Assembly (NCBI GenBank): GCA_963674965.2
Contig: CAXXFL010000007.1
Location: 928,001 to 992,000, forward strand
Length of the DNA: 64,000 nt
Origin: a bacterium
GTDB lineage: Bacteria; RBG-13-61-14; DATKZS01
Direction of reading: 5' to 3'
Position 1 is the stretch's first letter. Every line of letters begins with the position of its first letter. The position numbers and the translations under genes were made by a program. The notes under the pieces are model-generated. The model had not been told where the DNA came from, searched no databases, and saw only the letters and a list, made by a program, of their open reading frames with translations. Of this stretch, positions 19,971 through 29,374 are shown in pieces.

Positions 19971-21095
19971 ATGATCGGGAGAATCGAGTTGGCTGAAATG
20001 AAAATCGAGCGAAGAAACGACATAGACTGGCTTCGGATCTTCGCGACCTATCTTTTGTTCATCTTCCACGTGGGCAAGGTGTTCGACAAGCCCCCCTTTT
20101 ACCAGATCAAGAACGGGACCTTGTCCGACGGCATGAAATATTTCACGGGCTTCATTCACATCTGGCACATGCCCTTGTTTTTTCTTCTCGCCGGGTGGTC
20201 GGTTTTCAACTCCCTTAAGAAAAGGAGCGGCGGCGAGTTCTTCATCGAGCGCGTAAAGCGTCTCTTTATTCCGCTGGTAATGGGCATCATCGTTTTCTGC
20301 CCGCCCATGCAGTACGTATACGCCAGGACGGCCATGGGTTTTGAGGGAACGTACTTGGAGTTCTTGCCCCTCTTTTTCACCTCCCTCAAGTATTTCAGTT
20401 GGTCACACTTATGGTTCCTGGCATACCTGTTTACCTTCACTCTCCTTTATTACTGGCTTTTCGCCCGGCTGATAAGGCGTGAGGACAAAGGAGGCTCAGT
20501 TCATCCAGCCATGATTTACGCGCCCATCATCGCGCTGGTTATCATCCAGGTCGCGCTTCGGCCCATTTGGCCGGGTTTCCAGAACCTTTTTGACGACTGG
20601 GCCAACTTCACCTATTACAGTACCTTCTTTATCATGGGCTTTGTTTTCTCCCGTTATCCCGCCTTCGAGGCCCTGATGCATAAACAATGGAAAATCGCCG
20701 GCGCTTTGGCCCTGTTCTTTCTTCTGGCCATGCTGGTCGTCAGCCTGACCATTCCTTACGGTCTTCCGGAGCTTGTGATCTTCGCTCCGGCCGGCTATTG
20801 CGTGGTGATTTTCATGCTCGGGTTCGCCCGCCGGTTCCTGGCCTCGGTGGAGACGGGATTGTCCTACGCTCGGGAGTCGGCCTATCCGGTGTATATTCTC
20901 CATCAGGCATCCATCGTTTTGCCCGGCTATTTCGTAGTGCAACTGGACCTTCCCATTTACGCGAAGTATCCTTTATTGTTAGCAATCGCGGTGACGGCCT
21001 CCCTTATTGTTTATCATTTGCTGGTCAGGCCTTTCAACGCGGTTCGATTTTTATTCGGCATGAGAGGGATAAGTAAGATGGAGCCGGTAAAATAA
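19971..21095 (+). CDS. Membrane acyltransferase (acyltransferase-3/MdoC-like)
   Basis: RRNDIDWLR, MPLFFLLAG, RVKRLFIP, HLWFL, YPVYILHQ; about 10 TM segments. Confidence 0.88.
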   Translation: MIGRIELAEMKIERRNDIDWLRIFATYLLFIFHVGKVFDKPPFYQIKNGTLSDGMKYFTGFIHIWHMPLFFLLAGWSVFNSLKKRSGGEFFIERVKRLFIPLVMGIIVFCPPMQYVYARTAMGFEGTYLEFLPLFFTSLKYFSWSHLWFLAYLFTFTLLYYWLFARLIRREDKGGSVHPAMIYAPIIALVIIQVALRPIWPGFQNLFDDWANFTYYSTFFIMGFVFSRYPAFEALMHKQWKIAGALALFFLLAMLVVSLTIPYGLPELVIFAPAGYCVVIFMLGFARRFLASVETGLSYARESAYPVYILHQASIVLPGYFVVQLDLPIYAKYPLLLAIAVTASLIVYHLLVRPFNAVRFLFGMRGISKMEPVK

Positions 21096-21150
21096 ACCGG
21101 CCACGGCTCCGCGAGGACATATCACTTGAAGATGAAAAGAGGAGAGCAAA

Positions 21151-21666
21151 ATGAAGAAGAAGGTATTAGCCGGCGTTATTTTTTCGCTTACTTTTCCCCT
21201 GGCCGCTCTCGGGGCCTCGGGCTCGGATATCCTGGGCTTGTGGATCACGGAGGGAAAAGACGCGCTCATCGAGGTGTATGAAGAGAACGGCGTCTACTCG
21301 GGCAAGATCGTTTCTCTCAAGTATCCCAATTACTGGGAGGGGGAGAAAAAAGGCCAGCCCAAGCTTGACGACAAGAACCCGGACGAGGGTTTGCGCTCGA
21401 GGCCCCTGGTAGGGACCCGGATCATCCGCGGCTTCCAGTTTAAGGACGGCAAATGGGTTGAGGGAGAAATATACGACCCCGACAACGGCAAGACCTATAG
21501 CTGCGAGATCAAGCTGGGCGGGGACGGCGCGCTCGAGGTCAGGGGATACATTGGAGTATCTCTACTTGGCCGCACCACCAAGTGGGAAAGACCCGAGACC
21601 TACCTCGATCGGGAACTCAAGTTCCTGCGCATGGAATGCGACTGTAAAAAAACCGAGACCCAATAG
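21151..21666 (+). CDS. DUF2147 family exported protein
   Basis: GLWIT, DKNPD..LRSRPLVG, GEIYDPDNGKTY, LEVRGYIG..LLGRT. Confidence 0.88.
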   Translation: MKKKVLAGVIFSLTFPLAALGASGSDILGLWITEGKDALIEVYEENGVYSGKIVSLKYPNYWEGEKKGQPKLDDKNPDEGLRSRPLVGTRIIRGFQFKDGKWVEGEIYDPDNGKTYSCEIKLGGDGALEVRGYIGVSLLGRTTKWERPETYLDRELKFLRMECDCKKTETQ

Positions 21667-21745
21667 CGCTAAATTCAGGAAGCAATATTTAGGGGGTAGC
21701 TCCAAGGAGGGCTATCCCCTTTTCGTCAGCCACGCGACGTTGGCT

Positions 21746-23047
21746 TTATATTCTCGCGACGCCCAGGAAGACGGCGTGGAGGCTGGCGGCAATAATCAGG
21801 AAAAGCCGCCTTGCCCGCTCGGGCTCGAGCCCTGGACAGGAGTAATGTATTTGTCCGCTGGGACAGCCGGCCACGCAGTCTCCGCATAGGGTGCATGACT
21901 CTCCGGGCTTTCCAGAGGCGACGATGTCCCCGGAGAGGGCGTCGTAACGGCAGGAGGAAAAACACTTTCCGCACCTGGTGCATCCGTCGCCAATCCTGAT
22001 CCTTATTGGATTTATCTTTCCCATCCAGCAGGCGATAAAGCCGATGGGACAATAGGCGGTGCAGTGGACCATGGCGCCCGTTCGCCTGGAGACGAAGACC
22101 ATGATCGCCACGCCCGCCAGGCCGAAAGCCAGGGCCGTCAGGATGGCGGCCGACGCGGGCAGTCCCGACTTCCTCAGGACATGTGCCACGAGGACAACCA
22201 GGATCAGCGCGACGACCCTCGAGTACTTGCGCCAGGACGGGAGCCTGGACGGCGCGGGCCTCGCCCGGCTCGACAGGTCGTCCCAGGCCCCCACGTAACA
22301 AAGCCAACTGCACCAGGCGGGACCGGCCAAAAGGACGGTGACGCCGAACAGGACGGCCATGAAGAAACCCTCGCCCCTGTAAACCGGACCTCCCACGATC
22401 AGCGCGGGTATGGGCAGATGAAGCTTGCCCGTCATGAGCGCCTTCTCCACTCCCCAAAGCCCCAGCGCGAGTTGGGTGAAAAACACCGCCGAGAAAAGGC
22501 GCCATGCCAGGGGCCTCAGGCGAGCGGCCCGGGCCGGGTCCGTGATCTTGTCCGCCAGCCACCCACCATAGGCCGAGAGAGCAAGAAGCTCGATCCAGCC
22601 GAGGCCGGGAAAGAACCTTTCAACGAGAAGGCCGGGAGGGTCCATCTTGAGCTGGACGAAAAGGAGGAGTAAGCCCGTGAGGAAAAAAGCGCTCACCCCG
22701 GCCTTTCCCGCCCGCGGCTCGGCGTCCCACTCGATAATGATCTTGATATAAGAGAAGGCAAAGCCGGACAAGAAGGCCAATGCGGCGGCGGCCAGATATA
22801 TATAGGTCCAGTTAAGGCCCAGGGGAGAAGGGCCGATATTGACGCGCCAGGCGTGAAAGGCGAAAAATATCCAGACGCCCGCTCCCGCCCAGGTAAGGGC
22901 CTTGAGCGCCAGCCGGGTCCAATCCCGCCGGATCAAAAGCATGAGGGGCATAAGCGCCAGGGCCGCGCCGGCCCCCGCCTCGCCGATCATATAAAACTGA
23001 AGGCCCAACAAAAGAAAGCATAAGACTGGAAATATTAGCGCGTACAT
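21746..23047 (-). CDS. Polytopic membrane 4Fe-4S protein (NapH/YccM-like)
   Basis: WCSWLC, HCTAYCP and two CxxCxxCxxxC motifs after TM segments. Confidence 0.82.
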   Translation of the reverse strand: MYALIFPVLCFLLLGLQFYMIGEAGAGAALALMPLMLLIRRDWTRLALKALTWAGAGVWIFFAFHAWRVNIGPSPLGLNWTYIYLAAAALAFLSGFAFSYIKIIIEWDAEPRAGKAGVSAFFLTGLLLLFVQLKMDPPGLLVERFFPGLGWIELLALSAYGGWLADKITDPARAARLRPLAWRLFSAVFFTQLALGLWGVEKALMTGKLHLPIPALIVGGPVYRGEGFFMAVLFGVTVLLAGPAWCSWLCYVGAWDDLSSRARPAPSRLPSWRKYSRVVALILVVLVAHVLRKSGLPASAAILTALAFGLAGVAIMVFVSRRTGAMVHCTAYCPIGFIACWMGKINPIRIRIGDGCTRCGKCFSSCRYDALSGDIVASGKPGESCTLCGDCVAGCPSGQIHYSCPGLEPERARRLFLIIAASLHAVFLGVARI

Positions 23048-23113
23048 GGCCTGGTTGCCCGGCGCGGCGGGGGAAGACGGGGCCTTCCCCCACCGGCCGA
23101 CTAATATGATGCC

Positions 23114-24757
23114 TCAGGCGAGAGCGGCCTTCAAATCCTCCTCCACTGAGCTGATGGGAGCGATCTTGAATTTATCCACCAGCGCGTTAAGGGCCGCCGG
23201 CGTGACGAAGGCGGGAAGGCTCGGCCCCAGCTTGATATCGAGTATGCCCAGGTGAAGAAGAGTCAGAAGAATGGCCGCGGCCTTCTGCTCGTACCAGGAA
23301 AGGATCATCGTGAGGGGCAGGCCGTTCACGTCGGTATCGAAGGCGTTGGCCAGGGCCAGGGCAATCTGGATGGCCGAGTAGGCGTCGTTGCACTGGCCTA
23401 TGTCCAGGAGCCTGGGAATGCCCCCGATATCGCCGAACTCGAGCTTGTTGAACCGGTACTTGCCGCAGGCCAGGGTCAAAATAACGCCGTCCTCCGGGAC
23501 CGCCTTGGCCAGGTCCGTGTAATAACTCCTTCCGCTCCTGGCCCCGTCGCAGCCGCCGATAAGGAAGAAACGCCTGATCTTGCCGGCCTTGACCGCCTCG
23601 ATAACCTTGTCCGCCACGCCCAGCACCGCGTTCCTTCCAAAGCCCACGGTAATGGTCTGGCCGGGTCCGTCCTCCTCGAAGCCGGGCGCGGCCAGGGCCG
23701 CCTCGATGACGGGCGTGAAGTCGTGGTCCCCGATATGCCTAACGCCGGGCCAGGCCACCACGCCGCTGGTGAAAATCCTGTCCTTGTAGGAGTCGTCCGG
23801 CTTCTGGATGCAGTTGGTGGTCATGAGGATGGCCCCGGGAAACTCGGCGAACTCCTTCTTCTGGTTCTGCCAGGCGCTCCCGTAGTTGCCCACCAGATGC
23901 TTGTATTTTTTTAGACCCGGATATGAGTTGGCCGTGAGCATCTCGCCGTGGGTGTAAACGTTAATCCCCTTGCCCTCCGTCTGGATGAGGAGTTCTTCCA
24001 GGTCCTTGAGATCGTGACCCGACACGACGATGGCCTTTCCCTTGAGCGGCGTGACCCGGACCGCCGTCGGCTCGGGATGGCCGTATGTCCCGGTGTTTCC
24101 CGCGTCCAGGAGTTCCATCGCCTTCAGGTTAATCTCGCCCACTCGAAGGGCGTAGCCGAGAAGCTCATCCAACGTTGGGTCCTTTTTGGTGAGAAAATCC
24201 AGGGCCTCGTGAATGAACGCGTAAACCGCCTCGTCCTCCTGGCCCAGTATCTGGGCGTGGTCCGCGTAGGCGGCGACTCCCTTGAGTCCATACGTGATGA
24301 GTTCCTGAAGACCGACGACGTCGTCGCCCAGATCGCTCTTCCTTTTCTCGATGCCCACCTCGACTCCTTGCGCGATAAGGCCGGCCAGGTCGGAGGCGGG
24401 CGTCCACGCGGCGGCCCCCTCAAGCTTCTCCGCCGGCTTTCCCACCCGGGACGCGGCTTCTTCGTAAAGGCCCTTGGCCTTGTCCTTCATTAGGGCGGCC
24501 TTCTCGAGGAGGGCCTTGAGCCTGACCGGGTCGAAGTTCACGTTGGTCAGCGTCGAGAAAAGGGCCTTCAAGATGAAGACGTCGATTTCGCGGTCCCTGG
24601 CGCCCATTTCCCCGGCGCGATGGGCGTGGTTGGCCACGCCTTTCAAGGCGTGGATCAAGAGGTCCTGGAGGGCCGCCGCGTCGGCGTCTTTTCCGCAAAC
24701 TCCTTTAGCTTTGCATCCCTCTCCTTTTGCCGTTTGTTCGCACTGGTAGCAAAACAT
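23114..24757 (-). CDS. hcp: Hybrid cluster protein (hydroxylamine reductase)
   Basis: MFCYQCEQT..GC...GVCGK, SGHDL, YTHGEM, TTNC, GGCDG, LACGK, GQCND, SWYEQKA. Confidence 0.97.
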   Translation of the reverse strand: MFCYQCEQTAKGEGCKAKGVCGKDADAAALQDLLIHALKGVANHAHRAGEMGARDREIDVFILKALFSTLTNVNFDPVRLKALLEKAALMKDKAKGLYEEAASRVGKPAEKLEGAAAWTPASDLAGLIAQGVEVGIEKRKSDLGDDVVGLQELITYGLKGVAAYADHAQILGQEDEAVYAFIHEALDFLTKKDPTLDELLGYALRVGEINLKAMELLDAGNTGTYGHPEPTAVRVTPLKGKAIVVSGHDLKDLEELLIQTEGKGINVYTHGEMLTANSYPGLKKYKHLVGNYGSAWQNQKKEFAEFPGAILMTTNCIQKPDDSYKDRIFTSGVVAWPGVRHIGDHDFTPVIEAALAAPGFEEDGPGQTITVGFGRNAVLGVADKVIEAVKAGKIRRFFLIGGCDGARSGRSYYTDLAKAVPEDGVILTLACGKYRFNKLEFGDIGGIPRLLDIGQCNDAYSAIQIALALANAFDTDVNGLPLTMILSWYEQKAAAILLTLLHLGILDIKLGPSLPAFVTPAALNALVDKFKIAPISSVEEDLKAALA

Positions 24758-24783
24758 TTTTTCTCCTTCCTTTAATTTTATTT

Positions 24784-24799
24784 AAGTACCTAATTACCT
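24784..24799 (-). promoter_or_regulatory. Candidate Rrf2 operator upstream of hcp
   Basis: Minus strand AGGTA-ATTAGG-TACTT, matching the dyad in the Rrf2 gene promoter. Confidence 0.5.
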
Positions 24800-24852
24800 G
24801 TATAGGGCCGCAATATTGCCCCGAATACTTTAACAAGGCGGGCCTGGACTTT

Positions 24853-25602
24853 TTACGCCGCGCCCACCTCCAGGAACGTCTTATAAGCAAGCGCCTTGCC
24901 CGCGCCGGTCTTGAATATCTTCTCGATCTTCCTCTCCAGCGTTTCTTTGTCCGCGTCCGGGTACTCGTCGGGAACGTTAACCAGCCAGTCGGCGTCCCAT
25001 AAAACGCGGAACTCGAGCGTGTCGACGTCCTTGGCCGAGTGATGGTTGGCGATGATTTTCAGCACGTGCTCGATGGTGTCCTTGTCCAGGCCGGCCTCCT
25101 TCAAAATGGGCTCGGCGATGGCGGGTCCTTCCATCTCCTGGTAGACGCCGGCCGAGCCGCCGTGCTTTCTCTCCGCTTCCTGGATGCCTATATCGTGGAG
25201 GATGGCCGAGGCCAGTATGACCTTGGGGTCGCCTCCTTCCCGGCGCATGATCTCCTCGGCCCGCTCGAGCACGGAAAGGGCGTGGGTGATCCTTTTCTGG
25301 TCCGCGCCGAAGACCTTCTTCATGGCGGCTATCAGCTTCTCGGTCAGTGCCGTCTCGTGGGCGCCCTCCTCCGCCAGTTCTTTGGGATCGAACCCGAGGC
25401 ATTCCTTGGCGTGCTCGCACCACTGGGCGCAGCCCATGCTCATCTTGGGGTTGACCACCAGGGTCCCGCACTTCTTGCAGCGGCGGCGGGCCTCGTCCTT
25501 GAAGAACTCCATGGCCGCCCCACATCCTCCGCACTTGATCTCGAATATATCCTCGGGCCTCCAGAACCTGGTGTCCTGTCCCGGGCACATCGTCTGCGTC
25601 AT
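24853..25602 (-). CDS. HD-domain phosphohydrolase with Cys-rich N-terminal (Zn-ribbon-like) domain
   Basis: Real start MTQTMCPGQD (overlaps upstream stop, ATGA); CxxC...CxxC...CxxWC...C; HA...LHDIG...HH...DAD. Confidence 0.85.
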   Translation of the reverse strand: MTQTMCPGQDTRFWRPEDIFEIKCGGCGAAMEFFKDEARRRCKKCGTLVVNPKMSMGCAQWCEHAKECLGFDPKELAEEGAHETALTEKLIAAMKKVFGADQKRITHALSVLERAEEIMRREGGDPKVILASAILHDIGIQEAERKHGGSAGVYQEMEGPAIAEPILKEAGLDKDTIEHVLKIIANHHSAKDVDTLEFRVLWDADWLVNVPDEYPDADKETLERKIEKIFKTGAGKALAYKTFLEVGAA

Positions 25603-26294
25603 TTTACCCTCCCCTTTCCGGCGCGGGGCCAATAGTCGGCGAAGCGCTCCCCCCTGGCGCCGTTTTCCAGGTAGTCCCCGATTATCCTCTCGACCAGGCC
25701 GATGGCCTCCTCGGCGCTCGAGACCTCGGCTATCTTGCCGCCCAGCCGCGGCCGCCGCCCCAGCTTGCCTCCGGCGATGACCTTGATCCATGGTCCCGAC
25801 AGGCTGATGCTGTGAGCGGGACAAACGTCGCGGCACTCGTTGCAACCCAGGCATTTTTCCCGGTTGAATACGGGATACCCGCCGTCCCACTCGATGGCGC
25901 GGTCCGGACAGGCCAGCATGCACGACCCGCACTCGCGGCACTCGGAGGGATCGAACTCGGGACGGACGAAGCCGATGAGGCCAAGGTCGGCGATCTGGGG
26001 CCTCGAGCGGCAATTGGCGCATCCCGCCACGGCGATCTTAATCCCATGGTGAGCCTTTGATTTATCCGGCCCCAGTTTGGCCGCGATCCTCTCGCCTGTC
26101 GCGTTTCGGGACGCCCATTCCTCGAGGCCGCGGACCAGGGCCGCCGCGTCGATGCCCGAGTTACGGCAACCTTCCCTCGCGCATTTGCCCTCCCATATTT
26201 CAATCATGGGGAATTTCCTTTCCGGGCCTTCCTCATTAATTTCGGTGAAAGCCTTTTCCTCATGATTATGTACGCCGGCGGACTTCATGGCCAA
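25599..26294 (-). CDS. 4Fe-4S protein, nitrite/sulfite-reductase 4Fe-4S-domain-like
   Basis: KIAVAGCANCRSRPQIADLG, two ferredoxin motifs, GGKLGRRPRLG, GERF. Confidence 0.8.
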   Translation of the reverse strand: MAMKSAGVHNHEEKAFTEINEEGPERKFPMIEIWEGKCAREGCRNSGIDAAALVRGLEEWASRNATGERIAAKLGPDKSKAHHGIKIAVAGCANCRSRPQIADLGLIGFVRPEFDPSECRECGSCMLACPDRAIEWDGGYPVFNREKCLGCNECRDVCPAHSISLSGPWIKVIAGGKLGRRPRLGGKIAEVSSAEEAIGLVERIIGDYLENGARGERFADYWPRAGKGRVK

Positions 26295-26315
26295 TCGCCT
26301 CTCTTTGTTTCCTCA

Positions 26316-27089
26316 TTACCCCGTTGAAGCCTTGGGACCGTACTCGGTCAGGTCCTCTTCCTCCTGCACCTTTCCGTCCACGCTTATCTGTATTCTTTTA
26401 AGGGGGACATTGGTCCCCGACTTCTCGATGGCCTTTTCAGCGCCAAACACGAAGCCGCGGCAGCAGGGGACTTCCATATGGACAACGGTGAGCGACCTTG
26501 GTTTCGCTTCCTTCAATATCAGGGCCAGCCTCTCGATATGGGCCTCGAGGTCGTCCAGCTTGGGGCAACCGATGGCCACGGCCTTGCCGGGAAGCAGCCG
26601 GGAGTGAAGGTCCGGATAGCTCACGCCCGCGCAGTCGGCCAGAAGGACCAGGTCCGATCCCTTGAGGAATGGCGCGCTCGGTCCCAGAAGCTGGAGCTTG
26701 ATGGGCCAGTGCCCCAGGCCGGATGGGGAGCTTTCCAACGAGGAACAACCACAACTTCCTCGCGGAGAAAGAGCGCGAGCCGCCGTGCCCGGGCATCCGC
26801 AGGCCAGGGTCTCCTCATGCCCATGGGTTGCCCGTCCAGCCTCGTTTTTCTGGAGAAGATCCTCGACCGCCGCCTCGTCGAACTCCTCGGCCTCGCGCTC
26901 GATTATGGTCAGCGCCCCCTCCGGGCACTCACCTATGCAGGCCCCAAGGCCGTCGCAGTATACGTCGCCCACCAGCCTGGCCTTCCCTTCAACCAGCTTG
27001 AGCGCCCCCTCGGCGCAGGCGATTATACACTGGCCGCAACCCGTGCATTTTTCCTCGTCGATCTTAATTATTTTTCTCGCGCCAGGCAT
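26316..27089 (-). CDS. Ferredoxin-domain protein of the type associated with hcp
   Basis: CTGCGQCIIAC, CDGLGACIGECP, CGCPG, WPIKL, ADC, GCPKLD, MEVPCC. Confidence 0.85.
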   Translation of the reverse strand: MPGARKIIKIDEEKCTGCGQCIIACAEGALKLVEGKARLVGDVYCDGLGACIGECPEGALTIIEREAEEFDEAAVEDLLQKNEAGRATHGHEETLACGCPGTAARALSPRGSCGCSSLESSPSGLGHWPIKLQLLGPSAPFLKGSDLVLLADCAGVSYPDLHSRLLPGKAVAIGCPKLDDLEAHIERLALILKEAKPRSLTVVHMEVPCCRGFVFGAEKAIEKSGTNVPLKRIQISVDGKVQEEEDLTEYGPKASTG

Positions 27090-27517
27090 GGCCCCTCCTT
27101 TGTATCCACGAGTTCATCGCCCAGGTCGGACAGTCTCGTGCCGTTGAAATATTCCTCTATCCTTTTGTTCACCGCGCGCAAAAGGTCTCCCATTATGCAC
27201 GACTCGCCCGAGCATATCCTTTCGCTAAGCAGGCAGTCGCTATAGGAAAAAGGTCCCTCGAGGGCCTCGTAGATTTCCATGAGCCTTATGTTCTCGGGCG
27301 CAAGGGCCAGGGAATAGCCGCCGCTCGGTCCTCTCACTCCCCGGGCCAGGCCCGCCTTGGCCAGCTTCTGCATGACCTTGGACAGGTGGGCCTCACTGAC
27401 CTTGAGCGACCTGGCCATCTCGGAGTTGGATAACTTCCTGTGGTTTTCCTTGGCCATCATGGCCATGGCGTGGATGCCGATTCTCGCGGCCTCGGATATT
27501 TTAATCATGTCGCTCAT
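27068..27517 (-). CDS. Rrf2-family transcriptional regulator
   Basis: HLSKVMQKLAKAGL..GVRGPSGGYSLA, C-x5-C-x4-C; start at 27517 or 27508. Confidence 0.9.
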   Translation of the reverse strand: MSDMIKISEAARIGIHAMAMMAKENHRKLSNSEMARSLKVSEAHLSKVMQKLAKAGLARGVRGPSGGYSLALAPENIRLMEIYEALEGPFSYSDCLLSERICSGESCIMGDLLRAVNKRIEEYFNGTRLSDLGDELVDTKEGPCLAREK

Positions 27518-27527
27518 CTTTTTTACT

Positions 27528-27556
27528 ATTATGGTACTACAATACCTTTTTGTCAA
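27528..27556 (-). promoter_or_regulatory. Sigma70 promoter with a dyad in the spacer
   Basis: TTGACA-17 nt-CATAAT; contains AGGTA-TTGTAG-TACCA. Confidence 0.7.
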
Positions 27557-28037
27557 GGTTTTTTTTAGCCCTTTTAAAGAGATTTTTCGTCTAAACATTA
27601 AAATCTAATATTATCAGTGCCTTAACGTGGACGGCCGTTTCGGCCCACGCGAGAATTACCATCCACTTTGATGCTCCGTCCCCTCGGGAATCATCCTTTC
27701 TTTGGTCCAGGGCCCATGCCTCCAACCATCTGGCGTTTGAAGTCCGCGTCGATCTTTATTATGTTTTGCCCTAAGCGGGCTATTGAACAAAGCCCGGGGT
27801 TGGCCGGGAAGCGGCTTACCATGGGCCTTGATATTAAGCCCCTTCGACTAATGGAAATGGAACCAATAAGGCGCCAACGTTTATGCCGCTCATCATAAAA
27901 CGCCGCGCCAAGTCCATATAGTAAAACCAACCCAGGGCGCCATGCCCGGAGATTTCGGCTACAATCTTTATTAAGCGTTCCTTTAACGAATGGGGCCGCC
28001 GCGCGGCCGTTGGGACATAATATCAACGGGAGAAGCG

Positions 28038-28268
28038 ATGTATATACTGATCAACTACTGCAACTTGTGAGGATACCGGCCGAGGGCGGTCGCTCTCGCG
28101 AGGATTCTCAAGGAAAAGTACGACGTCGAGACCGATATCTCGGTGGGAAACTCGGGCGATTTCGAGGTCAAGGCCGACGGCAAGCCGGTTTTCTCCAAGC
28201 GCTCGCTGGGACGCTTTCCCAACCCCGGCGAGGTCGAGGACTTGGTCAAGCAATTACTGCAAGGATGA
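28038..28268 (+). CDS. SelW/SelT/Rdx-family selenoprotein (CxxU), 76 aa
   Basis: Manual translation MYILINYCNL-TGA-GYRPRAVALARILKEKYDVETDISVGNSGDFEVKADGKPVFSKRSLGRFPNPGEVEDLVKQLLQG; RBS GGGAGA; TGA at 28068-28070. Confidence 0.9.
28071..28097 (+). promoter_or_regulatory. Putative bacterial SECIS element
   Basis: CGGCCG-AGGG-CGGTCG hairpin (28077-28092) immediately 3' of the in-frame TGA. Confidence 0.7.
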
Positions 28269-28291
28269 CTTCGGCCTGATATAATGGCCGC

Positions 28292-29074
28292 GTGAGTTTT
28301 TCTTCCAAACAAGGCGATAAAACCTACGGCCCGGAGGACGCCCGGGCCCCGGTGCAGCTTTCCCTTCTGGACAACGTCGGGCCTCTGCCCTCGAGTCCTC
28401 TCATGGAGGAGTCCGAGTTCATCGCGAGGCTTTCGGGCCTAATACCGGAAAAGACCAGGATCAGCCTCACCCGCAACCGGTCATCCATCATCCACGCCCG
28501 CCGGGACAAGAACGGCGTTTGCGTGGCCCGGGTCCAGCACGCCTTCCGGGCGGCGGACGAGAGGACCATGAAGGCCCTGGCCCGGTTTATCGTGAGGCCC
28601 GACAAAAGGTCCCGCCGCGTCATCGACGAGTTCATCCGGGACAAGGCCGACCTTATCGACGCCATGGCCAGGGAGGCCAGGCCCGCTTCCCCCATGGCCG
28701 GGTCTCATCGCGACCTGGCAAAGATACTGGCCAAGGTCCAGCGGGACCACGGCGTCCGGGTGAAGGGCCTTGGAATCTCGTGGTCCCGAGCGGGCGTGAG
28801 GAAAAAAAGAAGGTCCATCAAGTTCGGCAGCTTCAGCCACGCCGCGAGAACGATCTATATTCACCCCGAGCTTGACGACCCCTCCGTGCCGGATTACTTC
28901 GTCGAGTATATCGTCTACCACGAGCTCCTCCATTCCCTTTTCCCGCCCTCAGTCGGCAGCGGGAACAGGCGGGACGTGCATAACGAGGAGTTCAAAAGGT
29001 TCGAAAGGAAGTTCAGGCTATACAAAGAGGCGGTCGAGTACGAGAAGCTTTTCGTGAAAACCAGGCTCGGCTAG
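28292..29074 (+). CDS. SprT/YgjP-like zinc metalloprotease domain protein
   Basis: FGSF....RTIYIHPELD..VPDYFVEYIVYHELLH...H..EF. Confidence 0.8.
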   Translation: MSFSSKQGDKTYGPEDARAPVQLSLLDNVGPLPSSPLMEESEFIARLSGLIPEKTRISLTRNRSSIIHARRDKNGVCVARVQHAFRAADERTMKALARFIVRPDKRSRRVIDEFIRDKADLIDAMAREARPASPMAGSHRDLAKILAKVQRDHGVRVKGLGISWSRAGVRKKRRSIKFGSFSHAARTIYIHPELDDPSVPDYFVEYIVYHELLHSLFPPSVGSGNRRDVHNEEFKRFERKFRLYKEAVEYEKLFVKTRLG

Positions 29075-29077
29075 CGA

Positions 29078-29299
29078 TCATGACTCGCATGAGTCGCGCA
29101 TGGCGCACTCGCCCGGCTCTTCATCCTCCGCGTCCCGAGTGAAAACCACGAAGGCCATGGCCGGCCTCTTCGAGGAGTCGCGCATGGCGAACTGGATACC
29201 GTCCAGGGTCCAGCCCTCGGCCGAGTTCTCGTTGATGCACCGCTCCAGGTTCTCGTCCGTTACCGTGCTTATTTCCCTTACCCTGTAATGCGTGACCAT
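29078..29299 (-). CDS. Small DUF4177-like protein
   Basis: YRVREISTV..E.LE..IN....EGW.LD...SKRP.MAFVVFTR. Confidence 0.65.
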   Translation of the reverse strand: MVTHYRVREISTVTDENLERCINENSAEGWTLDGIQFAMRDSSKRPAMAFVVFTRDAEDEEPGECAMRDSCES

Positions 29300-29374
29300 G
29301 CTCTTCTCCCCTGACCTTATACTATCAATATAGTCACGGCCCCCCGGAGGCGCAAGCGTAACCGCGTCCTTCGG

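Noticed and set aside
24853-26022. 389-aa ORF-track call for the HD protein
   Set aside because: The N-terminal ~140 aa is an off-frame overlap with the Fe-S gene; the real start is 25602
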